Source: a bacterium
GTDB taxonomy: Bacteria > Zhuqueibacterota > Zhuqueibacteria > Residuimicrobiales > Krinioviventaceae
Assembly (NCBI GenBank): GCA_963674595.2
Contig: CAXXFV010000023.1
Span: 864,001 to 928,000 of the forward strand
Reading direction: 5' to 3'
Length of the DNA: 64,000 nucleotides
How positions within the stretch are numbered: position 1 is the first letter of the stretch; each line of letters begins with the position of its first letter. This document shows positions 20,134 to 30,809 of this stretch, one piece after another. Position numbers and translations under genes: made by a program. The notes under the pieces were generated by a model. It saw nothing but the letters and a program-made list of their open reading frames with translations, searched no databases and was not told the DNA's origin.

Positions 20134-20211
20134 AACGCAGAGGCGCAGGGACGCCAAGGCGCAGTAGGGAAAAACCCCTGCTGCAACTCTGCGGCATGGC
20201 GCCTCCGCGTT
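20134..20211. repeat. REP-like palindrome, same family as 8562-8648
   Basis: AACGCAGAGGCGCAGGGACGCCAAGGCGCAG...CTGCAACTCTGCGGCATGGCGCCTCCGCGTT. Confidence 0.7.
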
Positions 20212-20261
20212 AAAAATGAAAAAGACATTATCAGCAATAAAACTGTTCTCTGCGCTCTCGA

Positions 20262-21095
20262 TCAATCATCATTCAGATCCATATCGGGATAATACTCATC
20301 AGCACATTCCGGACAGATGCCGTGGCTGAATTCGGCCCTCGAATACTCCCGGATATAGGATTCAACCTGGTTCCAGTAACCATTGTCATCCCGGATTTTT
20401 TTGCAGTGAGCACAGATTGGAAGCAAACCGCCCAGAGTCTTGATTTCCGCCTGCAGCCTCTCACTGATCATCAGCGTCATTCCGGTGGTAACTCCAATAA
20501 TATAAATCGGTAACCAAAAAAATAATCCTACCGTAAAAGTCCCGGACATTAAAAAGGAGCCAGAAGGCGACTGGATAAGTGTGAGCACAATGCGGACCAG
20601 GTAAAACGCGGTGTTAACCGCGTAAATGAAGCCGCTTAAGCGTTGGGCGTGTTTACCTGTGCCTTTGGTCTCCCTTAAGAGCTCATAAGAGATGGCTCCT
20701 GAACACACAATTATCGCTATGGAACAGATTATTGTGCGAGCCGCCAGTGAAGGTTGTATCTCTAAATACCAAAACAAAAAAGGGACCATGGCCAGGGGGG
20801 CTGTCAAGATTACTTTCAGCATGCTGCCGCGCCCGACAAAAAGACGCATGCCGCTCAAGGTTATGCCAAGGCCATAAATCAAAGTGGTATTGGCAAAAAT
20901 AACTGTGACAAAATCCGGCAGGATTCCTTGAAAGGAAAGCAGAATGAGCGAACCTGAGATTATAAAACCTCCGTAGGCCCAGAACAACGTTCCCTGCACC
21001 TCCGAATGCAGCTTGTATATGATAAAGATAATTACTGCCGAGCCCAGGCTGGAAAGGGCGAGCATAATTATCAGTGTCCTGATATCCAGGTCCAT
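20262..21095 (-). CDS. Multi-pass membrane sensor-like protein with C-terminal CxxC...HGICPxC domain
   Basis: MDLDIRTL + about 7 TM; LPICAHCKKIRDDNGYWNQVESYI...FSHGICPEC. Confidence 0.8.
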   Translation of the reverse strand: MDLDIRTLIIMLALSSLGSAVIIFIIYKLHSEVQGTLFWAYGGFIISGSLILLSFQGILPDFVTVIFANTTLIYGLGITLSGMRLFVGRGSMLKVILTAPLAMVPFLFWYLEIQPSLAARTIICSIAIIVCSGAISYELLRETKGTGKHAQRLSGFIYAVNTAFYLVRIVLTLIQSPSGSFLMSGTFTVGLFFWLPIYIIGVTTGMTLMISERLQAEIKTLGGLLPICAHCKKIRDDNGYWNQVESYIREYSRAEFSHGICPECADEYYPDMDLNDD

Positions 21096-21222
21096 GTTTC
21101 CACCTTACTCCGTTTTTATTACAAAATACCCTGACTTCACCAAAACCATATCTACTATTTTGATTGTCGTAGTTTCATCTTCAAATACTTTTCACTCAAT
21201 TACAAATCGCCGGGCCTCTATC

Positions 21223-21789
21223 CTATCGATAATCCCCTGTTTCAAAGGCGTTTCCGATAAACCGTCCTAGACTGTAATAGGCGCGATCAGTCGCGGCAAA
21301 AAGAAACGGCTGGATTTTCCCCATGTCCGCTTCTCCATTTTCAGAAAGCTTTTTGGGATCCACCATCACATCGATAATTTCCCCTATGAACTGGGTATGG
21401 AGCCCGATCTCATGATAATGGATCAGCCTGCATTCGATTATCAGCGGGAATTCTTTCACGTAGGGAGCGTGTACTTTTTTGGAACCGATCGGCGTAAGGC
21501 CGGTCACCTGGAATTTATCCGTGTTTTTTCCGGATGCGGTGCCTATGAAATCAGCTTCCTTCAGGTACTCCAGCGAAGGTATGTTCACGGTAAAGGCCTG
21601 GGAATCGATCAAGTTTTGATAGGTATAGGTTGCTTTCCTTAGTGCTACCGAAACAGCGGGAGGAATGCTGCAGCATATCCCCGCCCAGGAAGCAGTCATT
21701 ACGTTCGGTTTATTATCCTTGTCATAAGAGCCTATGCACCATACCGGTGAAGGACATGCCAATGTTTTCGCGCCCAATGATTTCTTCAT
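21223..21789 (-). CDS. Flavin reductase family protein (flavoredoxin-like)
   Basis: PNVMTASW, FTVNIP, GTASG, ECRL, HTQFIGEI. Confidence 0.9.
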   Translation of the reverse strand: MKKSLGAKTLACPSPVWCIGSYDKDNKPNVMTASWAGICCSIPPAVSVALRKATYTYQNLIDSQAFTVNIPSLEYLKEADFIGTASGKNTDKFQVTGLTPIGSKKVHAPYVKEFPLIIECRLIHYHEIGLHTQFIGEIIDVMVDPKKLSENGEADMGKIQPFLFAATDRAYYSLGRFIGNAFETGDYR

Positions 21790-21932
21790 AAGATCTCTCC
21801 ATTTTTTGATTTAGGTCCGCTAATAATTATACTGCTCCCCTTCGGATTCGGAAGCCATCTTCCCTATCCCCATTGATATTCACTGCGCCTTGGCTCCATG
21901 GCGTAAAGCTCACAGTTCACAGGCCAAAACAC

Positions 21933-22550
21933 CTATGCCACCCCGAAATGAACAAGGGCCTCCCATAGCAGATATAACGCGAAACCGGCCAGTACGATTC
22001 CAAGAATCCGCATCATGCAGAGGTATAACTTCCCTTCCATGAAGGTCCGGAATCGGCCGACAACTAATGCAATGAGTATCTTTGAGCCTAAAAGAAAAAC
22101 ATAAAATGAGAACAGAAACAGCCAGGGCGCGACTGGATCACTCAGTCGGGCTTTCAGAATCATCGGAACGCCCACCGTGGCCCAGAAAAGATATGGATGG
22201 GGATTCAGGGCATTGACGATAGCCCCTTTCCTTATGGATTGAGGACAAGCCTCGGAAGCATCAACTTTTACCGGCCCGAGTGTCAGCGTCTCGTAAGCCA
22301 GGTAGAGAATATACAGCCCTCCCACCGAGGATATAATCCCTAGAATGATTCCCAGGGCGGACAACTTATTCAACACAAAAAACGATACCAGGACAATCGG
22401 CACGTCAGTCAACATGGGAGCAACCGCTACCTTCGCCCCTTCAAAAGTATTATGCTGGAGCGTCTGGGTTATGACTAATGTTAAAAGAGGACCAGGCGCG
22501 AAACCAGCCGACAATCCAAACATGATACCCACTAATATTGCCGACAACAA
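21933..22550 (-). CDS. LysE family translocator
   Basis: APGP, NALNPHPYLFW, about 6 TM. Confidence 0.9.
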   Translation of the reverse strand: MLSAILVGIMFGLSAGFAPGPLLTLVITQTLQHNTFEGAKVAVAPMLTDVPIVLVSFFVLNKLSALGIILGIISSVGGLYILYLAYETLTLGPVKVDASEACPQSIRKGAIVNALNPHPYLFWATVGVPMILKARLSDPVAPWLFLFSFYVFLLGSKILIALVVGRFRTFMEGKLYLCMMRILGIVLAGFALYLLWEALVHFGVA

Positions 22551-23162
22551 TCTTGAGCCCTCCTACGTGCGATGAATTATACAAATTGATGAGGCCTATG
22601 TTAATAATCAACTATGATGAACTATGGAATCAAGGTAGGAGCCTAAGAATCCCGGATTACGCCATAAGCTAATGTTTTCCATGCCCCGGGACCGAGCCTG
22701 CCTGAGATGCCTCTTCAGGCAAAAAATTAGCCCAGAAGGCCCTGTGGAGGTTGTCCATGAAGCCTTATCCAGCAGGTTACAGTTCAGATACTCCAGGCAA
22801 CTCTAACTGGAAGCCCTATTTCCCAAGAACCTCCAGCACTTTAAGAGCCAGGCTCCTGAAGGTCTGTCTTCCCCCCGTTAGAGCCGATAGCCCACAAACT
22901 GCGGAACAGGTTAAAAGCATGAGACAAAACCAATTATTACTGAAAATTCGTACTTCGATACGACCACCTGTGATAGATTAACCTGATTAGTTGCCGGTGA
23001 TTAGTGAGCCAAATGCTCACGGGCAATCTTGCTTTTCGTTAGCCGCAGCCTGCGAAAATCAAGGATTAAATCAAATTGTATTGTTCGGAACCAGTCCGAA
23101 TTCCATTGAAAATATGGAATCGCGGGACATTCCTCAAGTAAAGGCTACAAAGGCGATAGTAA

Positions 23163-24782
23163 ATGGGATACCAGGATTCTTCAATTAACAGGGCAACCAT
23201 TATCCTCCTCTATCTTTTTGGAGGCTTTTACTCCTTGATCCTCACTTCAAACATACCGGAAATCCGAGCTGAATCCGCATCAGCTGATGGCGAGATCCAG
23301 CAGCTCATCGACCGCTCCACACAATTGTTTTCGGTGCAGCAGGAAACCTCTGTACAGCTCGCGAGAGAGGCAGTAGAAAAGGCGAATGAAATTGGCAATA
23401 AAGCATTGGAGGTTGACGCCTTGAATAACCTGGCCCTTTTATATTATCGCCAGAGCAAGATGGAAACCGCGGAAGCAGTGCTGCGTAACGCGATCGAAAT
23501 CGGCCAGGAAAACGGTTACATGAGAGGGGCCGGAATCGCCCTGAATCGACTGGGCAATGTCCTCTGGTTTCTTGAAAAAAGGCTGGAGGCCAAGACTTGT
23601 TTTGACCGTGCCCTTGTAATCCACTCGGACCTGGGTGACTGGAGGGAAATAAGCAGGACCAAGAACAACCTGGCCAATGCCTACCGCTACTGGGATGACT
23701 ATCCACGGGCTATTGAACTTTTTCTCGAAGCCCGGGAAGGATATCAGAAAGTGGACTACCAGGAAGGAACCGCCTGGCTCAGCTATTCACTCGGCATCCT
23801 CCACAAAAAACTGGAAGACTATGACAGCGCGCTGGAGGCAATTGAATCAGCTTTGGAAATATACACGGTTATGGCCCAGAAAGATGGCAGCTACAACGGT
23901 GTCATGATCTGCTACGGGCAGCTGGGAGACATTTACAACCTTACCGGGAAACCAGAGCTGGGTCTCGAATATCACCGTCGAGCTCTTCGGCTTCGTGAAC
24001 AGTCCGGGAACAAAGTTGCCATCGCGGATGGTATCAGCGGGGTTGCGGAATCCTTCTTTTACCTGGGAGATTTCAAGCAGGCTCTGGAATATTTCGTCCA
24101 GTCCCAGGAAATGCGTGACGCAATCGGTATCAAAGACGGCACCGCGACCAACATGAAATTCATAGGTGAAATATATCGGGATACGGGGAATTATGACCTG
24201 GCACTGGAACATTTCAATCGTGGGCTGGCCGCGGCCCGTGAGTTGAGCGACCGGGATACTGAAAGCGAAATCCTGGAGATGACGGCTGACCTCTACGCCC
24301 GGCAGGGCCGATACAAGGAAGCCTGGAATTCTTTCCAGGAACACCGGACTGCCCAGGACCAGGTGCTGAACGCGAAGATCTCAAAAAGTGTCGCGTCCCT
24401 GCAGCTTCAGCATGAAATCGAAATCCAGACGACGGAAAATGAACGCCTGCAGGGGGAAAACAGGATCAAGGACCTGCAATTGGGACGATCCCGAACTCAG
24501 TCCATACTGCTTATCGTGATCATTCTTTTCACGGTTTCAGGAGCTCTTTTCCTCTTCTACCTGCATCGGAAGCAGCTGCAGATCAAAACCCTGCAAGGCC
24601 TTATCCCTATCTGCTCCCACTGCAAAAGCGTAAGAACCGACAGTGGTTTTTATGAACAGCTGGAAACCTATATTTCAGCCCACACCGATGCCCAGTTCAG
24701 CCATGGAATCTGCCCGGATTGCTACCAGAAATACTACTCCGAAGAACTGGAAGACTCTCCTCAAACTAGAGACCTCAAGTAG
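23163..24782 (+). CDS. Extracytoplasmic TPR sensor + TM + C-terminal CxxC...HGICPxC domain
   Basis: Multiple TPRs, coiled coil, TM, then LIPICSHCKSVRTDSGFYEQLETYI...FSHGICPDC. Confidence 0.85.
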   Translation: MGYQDSSINRATIILLYLFGGFYSLILTSNIPEIRAESASADGEIQQLIDRSTQLFSVQQETSVQLAREAVEKANEIGNKALEVDALNNLALLYYRQSKMETAEAVLRNAIEIGQENGYMRGAGIALNRLGNVLWFLEKRLEAKTCFDRALVIHSDLGDWREISRTKNNLANAYRYWDDYPRAIELFLEAREGYQKVDYQEGTAWLSYSLGILHKKLEDYDSALEAIESALEIYTVMAQKDGSYNGVMICYGQLGDIYNLTGKPELGLEYHRRALRLREQSGNKVAIADGISGVAESFFYLGDFKQALEYFVQSQEMRDAIGIKDGTATNMKFIGEIYRDTGNYDLALEHFNRGLAAARELSDRDTESEILEMTADLYARQGRYKEAWNSFQEHRTAQDQVLNAKISKSVASLQLQHEIEIQTTENERLQGENRIKDLQLGRSRTQSILLIVIILFTVSGALFLFYLHRKQLQIKTLQGLIPICSHCKSVRTDSGFYEQLETYISAHTDAQFSHGICPDCYQKYYSEELEDSPQTRDLK

Positions 24783-24918
24783 CTTCCCGGTGTCCAGTAT
24801 TTTCCGGCCTCAACTGGCAGGGCTCCCATATAAAATTAATTCACGGGCGAACTCACCGGGAGTTATCAGCTCATCAACGTTTTTTTACACTGGTGACTGG
24901 AAAAGGGAGGTTAAATCC

Positions 24919-26163
24919 ATGAAAAAGCAAGGATTGAATCGGCGCGGTTTTCTAGGCGGAGCTCTGGCGGTTTCAGCCACGATGCTGAACAACAGAAGGG
25001 TAGAGGGATCCAATGACCGGATCAGCATAGGGATAATCGGGTGCGGCAGGAGGGCACAGGACAGCCTGCTGAAAGACATACTGCTTTTCAGGGAGGATAC
25101 CAATGTAGAGGTTGTTGCCGTTTGCGACACCTGGAAAAAGATGCGCGAAGCCGCGGCCGCTCAGATCGGGGACGCAACAGGGGGGAAGCCTCAGCAATTC
25201 ACCCGTTACCAGGACCTCCTGGCCCTGGATAATGTGGACGCGGTAGTCATCGCCACCCCGGAACACCAGCACTGCACCCAGTTGATCGCCGCGGTTGAAG
25301 CCGGCAAGGATGCCTACGTGGAAAAGCCCCTGGGCATGACCATGGAGGAGATCAACCGGGCCTATGATGTTGTCACCGAACACAAGGCCATTGTCCAGAA
25401 CGGAACCCAGATCCGCAGCCTGCCTCAAGCCCTGTCCGCCCGGACATTTGTGACCGGCGGAGGCCTGGGACGCATCCTGAAGGCGGAGCAGTCGCGAAAC
25501 GGAAAGAAACCCTACTGGTATGACTATGCTTCCCGCCAGCTCAACGCCCAGGATGTCGACTGGGATGCCTTCCTGATGATGCGGGAGAAGAGGCCCTTTG
25601 ATCCCAAGCTTTACGCTGGATGGTACGGCTACCGGGAATTCTGCCTGGGGCCCCACACCACCCAGGGGCTGCACTTCGTCGACCTGGTGCATTACGTGAC
25701 CGGGGTCGGCTGTCCGAGATACGCCACGGCCCATTTTTCCCAGGTGGAATACAAGGATGGATTCACGGTTCCCGACAGTGTCGAGATGGTTCTGGAATAC
25801 CCTGAAGGCTGGAGCCTCCGCTACGGACAATTTTTCGGAAACAGCGGGGGACGCTACCTCAATATCTACGGCTCACGGGGCACCCTGGATGCCTCCGACT
25901 GGAGCTGGGACGGAGAATGGCCGCTTATCGGAAGGGACAGCGATAGCCAGGACAGGATTTCGGAAAGGACAAGGATGCCTGAGTCTGAAAGCACCCCCCA
26001 CATGAAAAACTGGCTGGAGTGCCTGCGGACGCGGAAAGAACCCAACGCCCCGATTGCAGCCGGATACGCCCACGCCGTGGCTGGGATTCTTGCAGACCTT
26101 GCTAACCGCAAAGGCCGCAAGATGAGGTTTGATGAAGTAAAACGGGAGATTCGGGAGGCGTGA
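24919..26163 (+). CDS. Tat-exported Gfo/Idh/MocA oxidoreductase
   Basis: NRRGFL Tat motif, IGIIGCG, ATPEHQH, YVEKP; GGGAGG RBS. Confidence 0.92.
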   Translation: MKKQGLNRRGFLGGALAVSATMLNNRRVEGSNDRISIGIIGCGRRAQDSLLKDILLFREDTNVEVVAVCDTWKKMREAAAAQIGDATGGKPQQFTRYQDLLALDNVDAVVIATPEHQHCTQLIAAVEAGKDAYVEKPLGMTMEEINRAYDVVTEHKAIVQNGTQIRSLPQALSARTFVTGGGLGRILKAEQSRNGKKPYWYDYASRQLNAQDVDWDAFLMMREKRPFDPKLYAGWYGYREFCLGPHTTQGLHFVDLVHYVTGVGCPRYATAHFSQVEYKDGFTVPDSVEMVLEYPEGWSLRYGQFFGNSGGRYLNIYGSRGTLDASDWSWDGEWPLIGRDSDSQDRISERTRMPESESTPHMKNWLECLRTRKEPNAPIAAGYAHAVAGILADLANRKGRKMRFDEVKREIREA

Positions 26164-26194
26164 CCTGACGCCAAACCAGTCTCTCCCTCCTCAT

Positions 26195-27151
26195 TCATGA
26201 TAAAGCCCTCTTGAGGGCCTGGACAACCTCGGCATTACAGCGTTTTGACACCTCAGCTTCCGGGACCTTGACGTCAAAGGCGTGAAAAGCTCCGGGATAA
26301 ACGTGCAATTCAACAGGAATCCCGGCCTGAACCAGCCTGCGGGCAAACATGATATCTTCGTCGGCAAGCAGGTCTATATCACCTACCGCTATAAAAGCAG
26401 GGGGAAGGCCGGACAGGTCAACGGCCCGGGCGGGCGCGGCATAAATTGACACATCACCCTTACCAGGTTCCTTTCCCAGGTAGGATTTCCAGCCGAAATG
26501 GTTGTTGTGCCGGGTCCAGAAAAGCGTGTCCGGGAAACCTTCGCCCGCCTGGACGGTATTCCGGTCATCCAGCATCGGGTAAAGCAGAAGCTGATAGCAG
26601 ATTTTCAGTTCCTCGCGGTCCCGGGCCAGGAGGGCCAGTCCGGCGGCCAAACCGCCCCCGGCACTGCCCCCGCCGATCGCAATTCGTGTTTTGTCTACAC
26701 CAATTTCATCGGCCCTCTCAAACATCCATTTAAGGGCGGCATAGCAGTCCTCAAGGGGTGCCGGATAGGGATGTTCCGGGGCAAGCCGGTAATCTACCGA
26801 TACAGCGACGCATCCTATCTTCTTTACAATCTCCCCGATCCGAATATCGGCCTGTTCAGGAATGCCTGAAACGTAACCCCCGCCATGGATCCATAACAAT
26901 CCCGGAAGCGGGCCATTCCGTTCTTCAGGTCCGCAGATCCTGATCCTGACATCCGGCTCTCCCATGGGTCCGGAAATTTCAAGATCCCTGAATCTCAGCC
27001 CTTTCGGTATCGGGAGGGCTTTGGCCATCTCCCGGGTTTCCTGGTTAAACATCTTGCGAAGCCTGACTATATTATCCAGCCGAAAACTGATTTCTGGAAA
27101 AGCTTTCAAAGCCGGTTCAAGCTCGGGATCAAGATTAGCTATTTTTTTCAT
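26195..27151 (-). CDS. Alpha/beta hydrolase, HSL-family esterase
   Basis: HGGGY, YRLAPEHPYP, GGSAGG, HAF. Confidence 0.92.
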   Translation of the reverse strand: MKKIANLDPELEPALKAFPEISFRLDNIVRLRKMFNQETREMAKALPIPKGLRFRDLEISGPMGEPDVRIRICGPEERNGPLPGLLWIHGGGYVSGIPEQADIRIGEIVKKIGCVAVSVDYRLAPEHPYPAPLEDCYAALKWMFERADEIGVDKTRIAIGGGSAGGGLAAGLALLARDREELKICYQLLLYPMLDDRNTVQAGEGFPDTLFWTRHNNHFGWKSYLGKEPGKGDVSIYAAPARAVDLSGLPPAFIAVGDIDLLADEDIMFARRLVQAGIPVELHVYPGAFHAFDVKVPEAEVSKRCNAEVVQALKRALS

Positions 27152-27399
27152 CTAAATTTTCCTTTACCTGGTGTCCCAATTTCATTATGCCTTACCGGGA
27201 TAATAAGCAGCGGACCAGTTATGCTTTTATAATAATCCGGAATAGGTCAGGAATTCAGAGAATGACAGGAAATAGGTGATTAACAAAATCATTTGATAGA
27301 TAATGCCAAGGTTATTCATATTGAAGCAACGCGGCACTTAACCCGGATTTGCATTCCAGGGAATAGTTACGGCCCTGGTGAACTGAAAGAATAATTCAT

Positions 27400-28245
27400 T
27401 TGTCCCAAAAGCAGAAAGCGATAATCCTTATTTTCCTGACAGCCCTGCTCTGGAGCAGCGGCGGATTCCTCATAAAATCTGTTGATTTGAATCCCATCTC
27501 TATTGCCGGCTACCGCAGTTTGATATCAGCTGTTTTCCTGTCCCTGTTCCTGCGTGACATCACCAGGAAAAACCTGAGACACGTTATTGCCGGAGCGCTT
27601 TTCTACGCGGCCACGGTCATACTCTTTGTTGTATCAAACAAGCTTACTACAGCGGCCAACGTAATCCTGCTGCAGTACTCCGCCCCGATCTGGGCAGCCC
27701 TTATCGGGGCATGGTTCCTTAAGGAGAAAGTGAAACTGCTGGACTGGGTTTTCATTTTCACCATGATGAGCGGGATCTTTTTGTTTTTCATGGATGAACT
27801 CACATTCAATGGGAGATGGGGAAATATCCTTGCACTATTGAGCGGAGTTGGTTTCGCGGGCACTGTTATTTTCATGCGCAGGCTTAAGGATTCATCCCCC
27901 CTGCTGATGATCACCCTGGGCAACATTTTCGCGGCATTATTCTGCCTGCCCTTTTCGGTTTCCGTCACGCGGATTGGTGAACACCTGCCCCTGCTCCTGG
28001 TCCTGGGAGTATTCCAGCTGGGGCTGCCCTACATCCTCTACGGCATCGCCATTAAATCAGTGCACGCGGTTGAAGCTACCCTTATAGCGAGTATTGAGGC
28101 AATCCTGAATCCTCTCTGGGTCTTCATTCTTTTAAGTGAAAAACCGGGATTCTGGTCTATTACCGGAGGGATTATAGTCTTTACCACCGTTACGGCATAT
28201 GGGGTTCTCTCGGCGTCAAAAAAAAGCGCATCCGGATCGCCGTAA
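27400..28245 (+). CDS. EamA/DMT family transporter
   Basis: About 10 TM; TTAANVILLQY; IEAILNPLWV. Confidence 0.9.
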   Translation: MSQKQKAIILIFLTALLWSSGGFLIKSVDLNPISIAGYRSLISAVFLSLFLRDITRKNLRHVIAGALFYAATVILFVVSNKLTTAANVILLQYSAPIWAALIGAWFLKEKVKLLDWVFIFTMMSGIFLFFMDELTFNGRWGNILALLSGVGFAGTVIFMRRLKDSSPLLMITLGNIFAALFCLPFSVSVTRIGEHLPLLLVLGVFQLGLPYILYGIAIKSVHAVEATLIASIEAILNPLWVFILLSEKPGFWSITGGIIVFTTVTAYGVLSASKKSASGSP

Positions 28246-28526
28246 GCGGATTATTCAAAATTCTCCCCCGCTCCCTGACTGCCGGTTTCATAGCAGCTGG
28301 AAATTTAAAAGCATCCTCCTTATTTTTGAAAGGCTGTTGGATGCCCAGGGTTTTATCTGAATAAATATTCTTAACCATTGCAAAGAATCTTCTAGGCGTG
28401 CGGCGACAGTAAAAGGCGTATTTCAAAGCAGCTGCTCAGCGTTCCCCCTGCATGGGAAAGGAAAAGACATACCGAGGCTGATCAGTTTTTTTATATCTGC
28501 CGGGCGCAATTAATCCGGCCCCACTG

Positions 28527-28730
28527 TCAGGAACCGGAACACGCGGCGCAGAGATTCCCTGTACTCAGGGTGGTTATATGGTTAGTGCAAAACCATTTGT
28601 TACATCTTGTGCATTTTCTGGAATGATCAGCACAGGCCCAGTTTCCGCATTTACTGCAGGCGTGGGCGACATTATGCTCTTCACAGATTATGCAGCGGTA
28701 CACGGTCCACTTCTCTTTTTCCTCAGACAT
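28527..28730 (-). CDS. Small Cys/His-rich zinc-finger-like protein (67 aa)
   Basis: AGGAG RBS; CIIC, CSKC, CADH, CTRC, CTNH, CAAC. Confidence 0.65.
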   Translation of the reverse strand: MSEEKEKWTVYRCIICEEHNVAHACSKCGNWACADHSRKCTRCNKWFCTNHITTLSTGNLCAACSGS

Positions 28731-28821
28731 GTCACGCTCCTGTTCAGCAGGAAATAATCCTTGGTTGACATCAACTCTCAATCTCTGGTTTTCAGGCCTC
28801 CGGCACTCCAGGGATTATGGT

Positions 28822-28860
28822 GGATGGCAGCCGGGGGAATAATGCCCCCGGCTGCCATCC
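28822..28860 (-). terminator. Strong hairpin downstream of the Gfo/Idh/MocA gene
   Basis: GGATGGCAGCCGGGGG-loop-CCCCCGGCTGCCATCC perfect stem. Confidence 0.7.
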
Positions 28861-28886
28861 AGCCTTATCCATACTTCTTAAACGGA

Positions 28887-30365
28887 CTAGAATTTAAGGA
28901 TGTTATCCCAGCCTTTGCGGTACTTGGGTCTCCTGATGAATGGATCTGCTTCAGGAGCATTGGTGGCACGCATATTTTTGTAGTCCCACTCGATCTTCTT
29001 ACCGGTACGGTAGGCCACATTGCCGAGGTGGTTGGCCTCGGTTGTCCAGCCGGAATACTGGAAATTCGAGCCGGGTACCGGGCCATTTCCTTTAGCGTAG
29101 TCAACCCACTCATTGTAATGGCCGGGTGAGCGGCGATAGACCGGCGGAGGCATCTCGAAGTCCTTGAATTTCTCCTCCGGAAGCAGCTTCCAGTTTCTGC
29201 CTCCCACAAGTTTGCCTCTTTCGCCGATGAAAACGTTGGCGCGATCGCCCCAATCCTCTGTCCATCCGGGAGGACGGCTGTCTCCCTGGTGCCAGACGAG
29301 TTTAAGAGCCGGCTGGGAGCCAACGGCGGCATACTCATATGTTGCTTTAAGGGTGGCGGGCGCCAGTTCCTTATGGGCCGGACCATTGGGGGAAACGGCT
29401 TCGACAGTCAACGGCACCAGTATTTTCCTGCCCATTTCATCTGTCTGCCAGATATCCAGCACGGTGTAGGGTACGTCATTGTCGTGACTGCCCAGATCGC
29501 TCATGGTTCCGTTGGCAAAATCCCACCACCGGTACCAGCGGGGGCCGGGGAAATAGGTGGCATGGTAGGGACGCCAGGGGGCTGGTCCCAGCCACAGGTC
29601 CCAACTGAAATGATCGGGAACCGGCATCTCTTCCTTGAACCTGTCTACGATCTGTTTGCCTTCGTAGAATCCGAAGCGCTCGTCATATTTTTTTGCGGAT
29701 TCCGCGTCCTGGAGGCCCCAGGCTCGGCCTGCCCAGACATGGACTTCACGAACCTTGCCTATAACTCCGGTGTCCAGAATTTCTTTAACTGTGCGCCGCC
29801 GTTCGGATGCATGGCCCTGGTTACCCATCTGTGTTGACAGATGGGGATACTTGGCCGCAGTCTCCCTTATCAAGCGGGTTTCCTGGATGTTGTAAGCAAG
29901 CGGCTTCTCGCAGTAAACGTGTTTACCATGGGTAAGAGCCAGGTAAGTGGCAATGGCATGGGTCTGCTCCGCTACTGAAACCACTACGGCATCAAAATCA
30001 TCAGGGCTGTCAAAGACCCGCCGCATGTCTTTGTAGGTCTTGGCCTTGGGAAATCGGGCTGACGCGGAGTTCAGGTAATTCTGATCCACGTCGCAGAGAA
30101 CGGTGACATTCTCATCAGGATGCGGTCCCGCTCCAGGCTCTGGCGGACGAGTTGATCGTTCATCTCCCGGGAGGATGAGCAATCCTCTCATGTTGGCGTT
30201 GGCCCGGCCTCCGGCACCGATAAACGCAATGTCCAGTTTACTGTTAAGATTCTGGCCACGCAGAATCGCCGGCGCTCCGGTGGCCACAACACCGGCAGCC
30301 AGGGCACCTCCGACAAATTCACGGCGGTTTATCTGATTGCGGTTTGTTTTCTTGGTTTGATCCAT
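28887..30365 (-). CDS. Tat-exported Gfo/Idh/MocA oxidoreductase
   Basis: NRREFV, IAFIGAGG, YCEKPL, QMGNQG, WDLWLGPAP, WWDFANG. Confidence 0.92.
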   Translation of the reverse strand: MDQTKKTNRNQINRREFVGGALAAGVVATGAPAILRGQNLNSKLDIAFIGAGGRANANMRGLLILPGDERSTRPPEPGAGPHPDENVTVLCDVDQNYLNSASARFPKAKTYKDMRRVFDSPDDFDAVVVSVAEQTHAIATYLALTHGKHVYCEKPLAYNIQETRLIRETAAKYPHLSTQMGNQGHASERRRTVKEILDTGVIGKVREVHVWAGRAWGLQDAESAKKYDERFGFYEGKQIVDRFKEEMPVPDHFSWDLWLGPAPWRPYHATYFPGPRWYRWWDFANGTMSDLGSHDNDVPYTVLDIWQTDEMGRKILVPLTVEAVSPNGPAHKELAPATLKATYEYAAVGSQPALKLVWHQGDSRPPGWTEDWGDRANVFIGERGKLVGGRNWKLLPEEKFKDFEMPPPVYRRSPGHYNEWVDYAKGNGPVPGSNFQYSGWTTEANHLGNVAYRTGKKIEWDYKNMRATNAPEADPFIRRPKYRKGWDNILKF

Positions 30366-30809
30366 ATTCCTGCTCCTTTCCAGGCGATTTCCGCCCGGAT
30401 AATCCCGAAACTGAACTGTAATCCAGTTTCATCGCTTACATGGTCTTACTCCCTTAAAGCCCTCCAAGTTTTCCCCTCCTGTCTTAAATTACAATCTACA
30501 GTCCCGGAAATGTCAATGTCCTTATTGATTTATGATTAAATGCTTCGTTTTGTGATTTGCGCATTTAATTCAGGATACTTTCATCCTTATCAAAAATGAA
30601 CGGCACAGGCAGCTTGACCAACTTCAGAAATCCCCGGCCAGGGTACAATCAAGCTTGGAAAAACAGTATTTAACAGGGCTGGCCGCGGCGAAATTCACCT
30701 GGTTTAAGTTCCCTCTGATTAAAAACATTACAGCGCTTCTTTATCCTTTGGAAATTATCATTTTTGGAAATTTGGAACTTTCAATCATTTTCAATGTATA
30801 AAACCGGAG

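Noticed and set aside
22570-23160. Possible ncRNA or riboswitch in a ~600 bp intergenic gap
   Set aside because: No recognisable Rfam-type motif or coherent coding frame by eye; needs an Infernal search.
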